A stretch of DNA of 41,961 bases from Gekko japonicus (lineage: Eukaryota): contig NW_015166535.1 in assembly GCF_001447785.1 (NCBI RefSeq), positions 1 through 41,961 on the forward strand, written 5' to 3'. The notes beneath the pieces were generated by a model. That model saw only the letters and a list, made by a program, of their open reading frames with translations, did no database searches and was not told where the DNA came from. The position numbers and the translations under genes are program-made. Positions 32,604 to 41,961 of this stretch are shown piece after piece (within the stretch, counting starts at the first letter, position 1; every line of letters starts with the position of its first letter).

Positions 32604-32968
32604 CCTTTTCTGAAGCAACACAGTTCCCAAGGAACATCTTCATTCCACTTACTGTGCATACCTGTCAAGATGTTGCAAATTGGATTGAATCTAATAAAGA
32701 GGGAAGGTTCCAGAAGAGACTGGCCAAAAATTCCCCGCTAGCAGATTTTTTTCCCAGCAGATGTGTCTTCCTGCTGGAAGATAATCAGTGGCTTGTCCCC
32801 AACATCATCCCTGATGGCCGCCTCTCGAGATTTCCAAAAGTGATCACAAAAGAGGAAATAAATCAGGAAACTGCTACAAGTTTACTCAGAGGCTTCGGCA
32901 GTACCAAAATTGGAATTCTCTTACATTCACGAGATTCCTAGCATCTTTTGGCTCTTTTATTTTTCCAG

Positions 32969-33554
32969 TATGAAGAAGAATTCATTAAAGAAAAAGAAGA
33001 CTGGGGCTGCGGTCACACGCAACATTAGCCACGCAAGAGATACGGAAGACAAGCGGAGTTTCCGGTCGCGATCTCACCAGCACATCTGGGAAGCGTAGCG
33101 CTTCCGTGGCACAACTGAGGCTTCCTGCCGAAAAAGCGCAGCAAAAAACTAGTACCTTGGAGGTACTAGTTTCCAGAAACTGCGGGGCAAGGGCGGGCGT
33201 CTGATCGCGTTTCCGGTGGCATCCGGCGCCCGCCCATGTCCCCTTGCGGAAAAGGGTTTTTTTTCCCCCACGTCTCCATGGATGCGCACACGCACCCAAC
33301 GGAGCATGCGCATTCGTAGTGTACACAAAAAAAGAAAACCAGTTCGCCGCGCCGCGCGCTTCTTCATTGCGCGCAGGCGTGTGTTGTGATCGGCACCTCT
33401 CCCTTGCCATGGAACCTCCACAGTACCTCCACAGAACCTCCACAGTAGGTCTGATCGCTTTACTGCATGTTAGTTTGCCCCGGGGCAAACAGCCACACTT
33501 CTCCTCTGCAGTTTCCTGCCCGTGTGGCAGGGGCCCTAGAAAAGTTAAGGAAAG
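32969..33554 (+). pseudogene. GSTA: GSTA 52-nt coding exon split by an insertion (32969-33001 YEEEFIKEKED plus 33536-33554 LEKLRK+G)
   Basis: Acceptor TTTTCCAG ends at 32968, donor GTGAGT at 33555; 33+19 = 52 nt, phase-compatible with both neighbouring exons; read-through hits TAG at 33026-33028. Confidence 0.88.
33002..33535. mobile_element. CpG-rich non-autonomous DNA transposon (PIF/Harbinger-like termini) inside the GSTA exon
   Basis: Imperfect TIRs GGGCTGCGGTCACACG / CGTGTGGCAGGGGCC; internal hairpin AAACTAGTACC..GGTACTAGTTT; no clean TSD. Confidence 0.7.
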
Positions 33555-34029
33555 GTGAGTAAAATAGATGAATGTTTAATATGTATGTCTCTGTGTATAC
33601 TAATACAGTATTCAGGATTGATTAAATCTTACGCACAATTAGACCCACCATAGGCGCGACTGCCGGGTGGATTTAAAGGGTGAGATCAGACAATAACATC
33701 TGGGAAGCACCCCGCAGCTGTTGGCAACCTCTTCTGCTCCGCCACAGAAGCGGAGTTAAAAGACACCGTGGGAAATCTGGTAGAAAACAGGTTGCGGTGG
33801 GCCACAGATGGACTTTCCCCTGTCTTTCCCCCGACTCACTCGCTGTTGCATCTGATCATGCAATGGCAGGCTATGCCCGCAGCTTCCAAAGACTGTGTGA
33901 TCGCACAACTGCGGGTCAAATTCCTCCAAAGGAAATAGCCTCACCCACCCCCCATTTTTTCCCTGCACATGTTACCACAACCTTACATTATGATACTTAG
34001 ACATCACAATTACACCAAAGCTCCCCTGT

Positions 34030-34500
34030 CAAATATAATGATAATAATAATCTTTCCATTTATTAATCGCTCAATCCTGCAGAGCTTGCTGGCTCTGAGC
34101 GATTTACAGTTACTCAAATACACACGGGACTAAGAATGATTCAAGGGGTAAGGGAGGACAACCTATAATCTTTAAATCACACACGTTCGCAGCCGACGGG
34201 GAGTTTGTTCAGCTGTAAGGTTAGACGTGTTCCAACGGCATTTTTCCGTCAGCGTGGCTTGATGTCGTCAGCTTTCTCCGGACTGCTTCAAGTTGTGGCG
34301 CAGCACTGCCATAGCCTGGCCAGACGGCCCATTACAGGCTTCCTTGATGCCGAAGAGTTATTTCTATATAATGACAAAGCTAACATACAGCAGGTGGGCC
34401 ATTTTGAAAAGTTAAGGTCAACTGTCCTCAAAGTAGTCCTTTACTGGCATTGCTATAGGCAAGAATAACTTTAAATGCAGTGTTGCCATGCGGTCCCCTG
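34030..34500 (-). mobile_element. unclassified LINE/SINE 3' end; second short copy at about 12550-12675 (+)
   Basis: Shared tail gagtaactgtaaatc.ctcagagccagcaagctctgcaggattgagc..t.aataaat.gaaagattatt. Confidence 0.55.
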
Positions 34501-35732
34501 CCACCAAATTGTATGTTTGGAAGGAGATGAAAGGGTTTTTTTGCCCATTATTGGAGCAAATTAGTACCTTAGGAACGGCATCATGCTCTGAATCCTCTAT
34601 AAATGTTGATTGTAACTTCTGCAGTTTCAGGACAGTAACAATAGTTAACGGTCTTATTGCATCCTAATTACATCCTAATCATCTGTTGAGTTATTTGGGG
34701 CCTTCAACAGATTTTTATATAGACGTTCTCAGGGGTCATTTGCTGCTGGAGCAGGGCGGAGCACCGCTCCAGCAGTAAGGAGCCGGCCCTGCCGCTGCCA
34801 TTTCCCCCACACCGCCACTGCCATTTCTGGTGCGGACGGCCTGGCTGGTGGGGGTGCAGTGGGGGCTTGACTGGGTGGGGGGGTGGAAAAACCCTGGGTG
34901 CCCTCCTTCTCCTCCACAGCCCAGCCCAGCAGCCCTCGATGGTCTGCTCCGGCCAGCGCTGTCGGGGAGGCATGCACGTGTGTGTGAGAAGGCTGGAGCC
35001 TGCCGCCCCCCAGGTCCTGCTCCCTCCCCACCGGGCCTTTCTTGCTCGGCCTCAGATGGGTCTGCCGGGGTATGGCCACCCCTTCTTTCGGGCTCTTCAG
35101 AGGTGGCCAGGGTGTCTTGGTGCTTCCCAGGGACGACTACCTCTGCCTCACCGCCTTGGCTTCTGCCCACCCAGTCGTGCGTTTTCTTCCTCAGGGACAG
35201 GACAAGAAGGGAAGCCCAGAACAAGAGGGTGTGTGCCCCAGACTCCCCTCGGAGCCCTGCCTGCTTCTGTCACGGGCTTGTTTGGAAAGCTGGGGGATGT
35301 TGACCCCCGAGGGGGCGCCTCCCTCCCTCCCCTCCATAAAGCCCAGCCGTGTTCTCCCATTTAGCAAGGCCGCATGAAAGGGCACGGAGTTGGCTCGCTG
35401 GCAGGATTGGGTTGCGGTGTCTCTGATTGGCACAGCTTCCCTGCCTCCTGTTTACTAAGTCATGGCTGAGATCAGGTTTCTGTTTCTCCTCTCTTGGTCA
35501 CCGCCGCCTCCTTCTCCTTCGCAGCCTGGCAGGCAGGGAGAGAGTCCGGCCTCTCGTAGTCTGCAGCTGGCATTGGAGGATCTTGGGAGGGGAAGGCAAG
35601 GCGACCTTCACTCCAGAGAGAGTTGCTTGCTCGTCTTTTCAAACGGCATTTTAACTTTTTCGTGTGGTTGGAATTCTTTTCCCCCCTTCTGCTCCTTCCA
35701 CCGGTCTTTGTTAGGGCTTGATGAGGTGTCAC

Positions 35733-35892
35733 CAATGCTCCCTCTAAGCTGCAAATTCCACTTTGTGAGCTACTGGCATTAAAGTTGTGAACAAGTGACT
35801 TGGCTGCTGCATGAACTAGTTTGCTCTGGAACCAGACAGAGGCTAAAAAACTGTGAGCTGGCTCACACTAACTCAGCTTAGAGGGAACATTG
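35733..35892. mobile_element. hAT MITE family A (deleted form)
   Basis: TIRs present; TSD-like GGTGTCAC / CTTGTCAC. Confidence 0.75.
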
Positions 35893-35982
35893 CTTGTCAC
35901 CCTGTTTGTTTCTGCAAGATTCTTCTGTCTGTCAGCTGCGAGCAATTCATTATGGTGATGTGATGATGTTTCTTTTGGCCTT

Positions 35983-36343
35983 TGTTCGCTCTGGCTCTTA
36001 GGCGCGCGCGCGTGTGTGTATTATGGCCTTCCTTTCTGAAAAGTACACAGACGGAGAGTGATTTCAGCAAAGCATACTTTATTCGACCAGGAACAAGACA
36101 ACTTTGGCCGGCTCGCAGGCCGGCTTATATCCCCGAGAAACCGCCACCCGAAACACACACCCCCACTTCCCAATAGGTTATTTACAGCGGCCGAGAGTCC
36201 CATTAGCTCTCGGCCAGGAACCTAGCCCCCTGATTGGAGCGGGCTAAGATCTGCATAGTCCATTGTCTCTTGGAGCCAAGCTCGACGTTTGTGTCTGGAC
36301 ATGTCTGGACTTGTCTGGACTTGTCAGGACTTGATACACCACA
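35983..36343 (-). mobile_element. solo LTR, antisense in a GSTA intron
   Basis: TG...CA ends, flanks CCTT / CTTT, minus-strand order CCAAT, ATATAAG, AATAAA. Confidence 0.65.
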
Positions 36344-37867
36344 CTTTCCTTTTCCCAGGAAAGTTTGGCAAGGTAGTCATAAACCAGGCAAACTGTTGAA
36401 TAAAAAGTAGTCTTTCTAGGGCATCAGTTGGAGCCTTTATGAGGTTAAAAATGTGATCTGTTGATAAGAGGAAAAAGAGAGCTAGAATTCTGCCATCTTA
36501 GCAAATCTTCCTGTTTCAAGGGGCAGGGGAGATTTGTATATGAAGCACTGATTCCTGAATATCAAATGCTCTTATTTATTTATTTATTTATTATATTTAT
36601 ATCCCGCCTTTCCAGGTATCTGGCTCAAGGCGGCTAACAACATTAAAATGGCATAAACAACCAAGTTAAAACAATTAATAAATACCATACCAATTAAAAC
36701 AACAGCAGTTGCAGTTAACCCAAGAGTAATCCAAATCCCATCCAACAATAGGGGTAGCGTCTAGCGGAATCTCAGGCCCGCGGGTGTTCTAACATTACTC
36801 TGATACTAAATACCTTGAATGGAAATCTTAGGGTTGCCAACTGTCTGTCCCCCCCGCCCCAACATAACTTATCCACTTTCAAGATTTCTTCGTGGTGTAA
36901 GCAGAAGTTCTGCAGAGAAAAGTTTATCCCGTGTCTAGATGCTTTAGAAAGTTTTATCGTGTCTCAGTCTGTCAAGCAATTGTAGTGTCGTCAGATGATG
37001 CAGCCTTCGGTAAGTGGTGGAACCATGAAGCCTGGGGGAAACACAGCTTGGGTAGAGCTAACCAGTTTTGGATGACTCCACCACTCCAAACTGAAGTAGA
37101 ATGAAACATTGGACCTTACCTGAAGGTTCTTTCTCTTCAGTGGGGTGAAGTCATTCACTTTCCACCTGAAGCATGTTAAAAAAAAAAGAAAGGCAAAGGA
37201 AAAAAAGAAAGGGGTAAGACTGCAAGAGACAAGGGCAAATAAGTTATCCTAATGAGTTATGCTAATGAGCTCCTGCACCTCTTTTTCTACGAAATGACCC
37301 TTGTGTGTTAGGCTGCTTGGGATATACACTCCAATGCAACTTATGAAGTGAGCACCAACTCCCGAAAAATTATGCTGGAATGATATTTGTTGCTCTTGAA
37401 GTTGACATGCAGTCTCCAGAAGCCTGTTCCATTAGGCAGGATCAAGAGCCCCCAAAGCCCACATTGTTCCATCTCATAGTGCTCTACCCTGAGGGAGCAA
37501 GAGTGTAAGGAGTGCTGGGTGAACCGAAGTTGGCTCATACTAGGAAAGCTTGTGAACAGAGAATCCTGCAGAGCTCTGTTTTCCTTTCTTTTTAAAAATA
37601 GCCTAATTGATTTGCAGTGAAGCTTAAAAGGATGGGGCTTAGGTATGAAAGCCCAAACTAAAGGGGATGTGGTTTAAGACTCTCTTTGCTTCTCCTATGG
37701 TTGCTATTCCTCCGTTCTCCTTCTACCTTCCACTTTTCTATCTATGTGCAGTTTCCACTTGTGGCTTTAGTCAAAAACTGTAAAGCTGGGAAATACCTGG
37801 AGATTTTTGGGTTGGAGCCTGAGTGGCGGGTGTTGCCTTCTGACACACTTCCGGTGATGTCATGGGG

Positions 37868-38224
37868 TGGTAAAGTTAAAGGTAAAGGTTCCCTTGCTCG
37901 AAAGCCAGTCAAATCCGACTCTAGGGTTGCGGTGCTCATCTCCGTTTCAAAGCCGAAGAGCCAGCGCTGTCCAAAGACGTTTCCGTGGTCATGTGGCCGG
38001 CATGACTGAACACCAAGGCGCACGGAACGCTGTTACCTTCCCACTGATGTGGTTCCTATTTATCTACTTGCAATTTCTTGCTTTCGAACTGCTAGGTTGG
38101 CAGGAGCTGGAACTAGAGACAGGAGCTCACCCTGTCTTGCGGCACCCGGGTCTTGAACCGCTGAACTGCTGACCTTCCACAGCCTGCAGTTCAGCGTCTT
38201 AACCACTTGTGCCACCGCAGCTCC
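37868..38224 (-). mobile_element. Sauria SINE, nested in an octamer-bearing MITE fragment
   Basis: Matches 28132-28453; TGTCATGGGGTG occurs on both sides as a TSD. Confidence 0.88.
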
Positions 38225-38432
38225 TATTGTCATGGGGTGTGGCATATGCAAATAAGTTATGCTAATGAGCTCCTGCACCTCTTTTTCTACTAAATGACCC
38301 CTGGACGTTCTTATCAAGGAAAGAGTTAGTGCTGAATTTTGGCGGAATATCCATCTTAGGCAGTAGGCCAACCAGCCTTAATTTAAATTAGTTTATTTAT
38401 TTAACCGCTTGTTTTTCACTTTGGAAAGAAAC

Positions 38433-39085
38433 CTTTTTTTAAATAACTTTATTGAGTTATTACGTACGTTACAAAGTATTTTGTCTAATATGTATAAAGC
38501 ATTTTGAGCATTAAAGTGCACTTCTTGAGTTAACTGATACTGGTTAAGGTACATAAAACTTATTACTAATAATGTCTATCATTAAGAGTACATACCATAC
38601 TGACATCCCCTCTACGTATTTAATATTTATTTAGTATATATGTAATTTTATCTCTTTGTGATTTGCAGGGCGTTTTGTTATATATTTAGCATGTGTTAGT
38701 GATTGTTCCTGTAAGTTTGCCGTGTTTGTTTTGCAGTCTTCTGTGTTTATTATGTATTAGAGGTATAACCAACTATGATATGTATGTTTTAGTGGGAGTA
38801 AGTCCCATATTGTCACGTATTCTAGTACCAGTGCCCATATGCATACATATGGAGGGGTATAAATCCAATCCCATATGCATACAAATTTAGAGTTGGTTGG
38901 TGCCGAGGGGTTGTGTGTTCTATGAACGGAGTCTGTTATTTTGGCCATTATAAATTGGTCCCATATCTTTTCTTGCCATGCCCTCATCGTAGGTGGTGAG
39001 GTAGATTTCCAAGCTGCGGCTATCGTTAGTCTTGCCGATGCTGATAGTATTGCTGTTAGTTCCTTGGTATCACCTTTTATTGAAC
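38433..39085 (-). mobile_element. L1/Tx1-type LINE 3' end
   Basis: Minus-strand ARLTIAAAWKS..PPT...W ORF2 C-terminus, AATAAA and polyA near 38433-38453. Confidence 0.7.
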
Positions 39086-39110
39086 CATCCCATCAAGAAA
39101 CACAATGCAG

Positions 39111-39775
39111 CCAGCAAACAGCTCTAAGACATACAATATAAAATTACAGTTCTTCAAGACCATTTCGAGATGGTATCTAACCCCACAGCAAACACACAAA
39201 TTTAGCAGATCCAACAGCCCTATGTGCTGGAAAGGGTGCGGACAAGAGGGGACTTACCTGCATTGCTGGTGGTCCTGCCCCAAGATCCAACAGTTTTGGA
39301 TAGATGTGAAACATCAAATTGAGACTATCACAACTTGAAATCTCTCTCTCTCACCTAAATCCTTTCTGTTAAACCACTGGGATGACTCTATTCAAGGTTA
39401 TGACAATGAACTCACATCGACTCTGTTAGCAATAGCCCAACTGGCCATTGCTGCAAACTGGAAGTCTCCAGCAGCACCATCAGTGACGGACTGGCAAGAC
39501 AAGCTATGGGAACACCTGGTCATGACAAAAATTGCTGATTCGCTCAGGTGTGCACAATTAGATACCCCACACCACTCCACATTTGTGTCAATTTGGTTCC
39601 CCGTAGTCTCCTATTTACAGATTCTAGATATTCTCCCCCCTAACCCTCTATCTGAAGTGGTTAACCTTGTAGGTTTAGACCCCTTCCATTTAAATGACAT
39701 TCTTGTAGACAGATGCACTGTATTATGCTGTATTGTGCTTTAATTTAAAATTAATAAAGATGATTTAAAAAAAAA
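39111..39775 (+). mobile_element. L1/Tx1-type LINE 3' end
   Basis: Zinc knuckle CWKGC....TYLHCWWSCP, AATAAA and polyA, perfect 16-bp TSD AAGAAACACAATGCAG at 39095-39110 and 39776-39791. Confidence 0.9.
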
Positions 39776-39884
39776 AAGAAACACAATGCAGGAGTGAGAC
39801 TTAAATTCCAGACAAGAGATGTGCTCCTGAAATCCTGTCAGCGTATCAGGCCATTGAATTAATTCCCCATCTTCTGTTCTCAAG

Positions 39885-40017
39885 ATGGATCCCTGCTGTT
39901 CCAGCAAGTGCCCATGGTGGAAATCGATGGCATGAAAATGGTGCAGTGCCGAGCGATCCTCAACTACATTGCCGCAAAATACAAACTCTGTGGGAAAGAC
40001 CTCAAGGAGAATGCATT
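39885..40017 (+). CDS. GSTA: GSTA 133-nt coding exon; the gene continues beyond the window
   Basis: (D)[43 protein letters not shown](L); AG ends at 39884, GT at 40018. Not in the ORF track on the + strand. Confidence 0.93.
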
Positions 40018-40621
40018 GTACGGTAACATTTCTAACGTTACCTCTTAAACGCATGTTTCTGTTTACTTATACATAAGGTCAGGCAAAATCTCTAGCTTGT
40101 GGCATGATCTGCTGCCAAGTTATGGTCTGCCAATTTCTGCCCAGGGCCACTATCAGCTGAGACAAAAAAAAAAAGGTAAAAAAGGGCATTGTGGAGCAAT
40201 ATGAACTCATTTGACCTCTCAGTCGTGACAGGCTTTTCCCTCAGCAAACAGGGTAGCCGCACTCTTTTTTCTGCAAGGACGTCACCATAGCCTATGTTCC
40301 TATCACACATGCACTTTGTGTCACACTTTCCTGTCGGACAGTTCACACGGCATCATCGTAGAGTTCCAAAACAGGCTTTGTTCTTGGTGGAGGTCCGTGG
40401 AGGTTTTTCCCCCCTTTGTAAATAGCACTGATTAGCACCGGAACAGTGATGCTTATATGCACATGGGGGAAGGTTTAACCTTACTCTTGGTACTAATTTC
40501 CTAAGCTGAACGTGAACCACGGAATTATTATTTGTCCCACTGGGACAATCATAAGGCAAGCAGTATGTAGCCTGTCCCAACAGGGTAAATACTCATTTCA
40601 TGTCAAGAAAATTGTGTCTGT

Positions 40622-41008
40622 CAGGGCTCTTTTTGTAGAAAAAGCCCAGCAGGAACTCATTAGCATAACAGACCACACCCAACAGCAGAAACTCATAAGC
40701 CTATTAGGCCACACCCCTGACAACACAGCTCATTAGCATATTAGGCCAAACCCCCATGTTACCAGAAGTGTGGTCATCCAGCCACACCCACCTTTTGCTT
40801 CTTATTCTGTTTACCCTGTTTGTTGTCAAAACCCAGGGCTTTTTTTTGTAGCGGGAACCCCTTTGCATGTTAGGCCACACACCCCTAATGTAGCCAATCC
40901 TAATGAGTTCCTGCTGTTGGGTGTGGCCTATTATGCTAATGAGTTCTTGCTGGGTGTGGCCAACTTGGGAGCCAGCCGGAACTCCGTTCCTGCCCAAAAA
41001 TAGCCCTG
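40622..41008. mobile_element. hAT-type MITE family B
   Basis: CAGGGCTCTTTTT / AAAAATAGCCCTG termini; matches 6072-6463. Confidence 0.8.
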
Positions 41009-41238
41009 GACTGTCTGTAAGGAGGGGATAGTTTTTTTAAAAAAGCCCTTTTTCTGTGTTCCTACATGGCTGCTGTGAAAAGAAAGATGCTTGGGAGCTT
41101 TGAACATGAACCCTGCAGCACGTTTGTCTCATTTGAACCTTTGTCTTAATTCCTTTTTGTAATGGTTGCTATACAATCCAGTTCTGAAAGTCCATGTGTT
41201 GTGTATATTTGTTAGATTACACACATATCGGCTACATA

Positions 41239-41517
41239 CCAGTTTGGTGTCGTGGTGAAGTGTGCAGACTCTAATCTGGGAGAACCGGGTTTGATTCCCC
41301 ACTCCTCCACATGCACCTGCTGGATGACCTTGGGCAAGCCATAGCTGTGGCACAGCTGTTCTCTCAAGAGCCATTTATGTCGAAGCTCTCTCAGCCCCAC
41401 CTACCTCACAGGGTGTCTGTTGTGGGGAGGGGAAGGGAAAGGAGTTTGTAAGCCGCTCTGAGACACCTTCGGGTAGTGAAGAATGGGGTATAAATCCAAT
41501 CCCTTCTTCTTCTTCTT
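41239..41517 (+). mobile_element. Squam2-like SINE
   Basis: Homology to 32318-32603. Confidence 0.85.
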
Positions 41518-41790
41518 ACCTTCAAAGCCCTATATGGTCAGAGACCTACTTACCTAAGGGGCCGCCTTTCCCCACATGTTCCCCAGAGAGCACTAAGATT
41601 GGGGGTCCCAAAACCATCTAGCCCTCCCAAGCCCTAAAGAAGCCAGGCTAGCTGTGACGAGGGCCGGGGCCTTTTCTGTGGCAGCCCCTAACTGGTGGAA
41701 TGATGACATCAGGGCCCTGCAGGACCTTGTACAGTTCCACAGGGCCTGTAAAATGGAGCTCTTCCACCAGGCTTTCGATTACTGCAGCCC
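41518..41790 (+). mobile_element. L2-like LINE 3' fragment
   Basis: ttcaaagcccta...RAGAFSVAAP.WWN-like motif. Confidence 0.55.
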
Positions 41791-41961
41791 TGGCTCCAAT
41801 ATCAGTAACATCAGCACCAAGTTAATAACCAACAGCCTGGCAGGAACCTGGATTATGATGGTGGTGGCCTTCTGGACGCTGCCATGGCCTATTAACAACT
41901 CTGTTTATTAGTGTTAATGATTATATGCTGTGGGCTGATTTTAAACTTTCTGTTTTAACAA

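Noticed and set aside
34704-35433. GC-rich overlapping ORFs or a CpG-island gene
   Set aside because: Begins with the CAGGGGTCATTT end shared with the hAT-like element near 30066; no recognisable protein motifs.

Overview
Repeat-rich vertebrate genomic DNA, almost certainly a squamate reptile and probably a gecko (inferred from Squam2/Squam3/Sauria-type SINEs, a 5S-derived SINE, BovB, CR1 and Penelope). The left half is the end of a class I olfactory receptor cluster (OR51/52-like): three intact single-exon ORs (4273-5232, 11371-12318, 17329-18276), a truncated OR pseudogene (20966-21172), and two orphan copies of OR promoter or 5'-exon sequence with no OR coding sequence after them. The right half holds the 5' part of an alpha-class glutathione S-transferase gene: putative non-coding exon 1 near 29845-29884, then coding exons 31345-31431, 32969-33554 and 39885-40017. 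Its 52-nt exon is split by a 534-bp inverted-repeat insertion. Notable elements are two non-autonomous Helitrons inserted at AT sites in CR1 tails, three tandem Penelope-type units each with a hammerhead-ribozyme core, a 138-bp tRNA-SINE tandem array, solo LTRs with target-site duplications, fold-back and hAT MITEs, and a 5S-SINE inserted directly before an OR start codon. All calls were made by eye; repeat family names come from recalled consensus features, not database searches.
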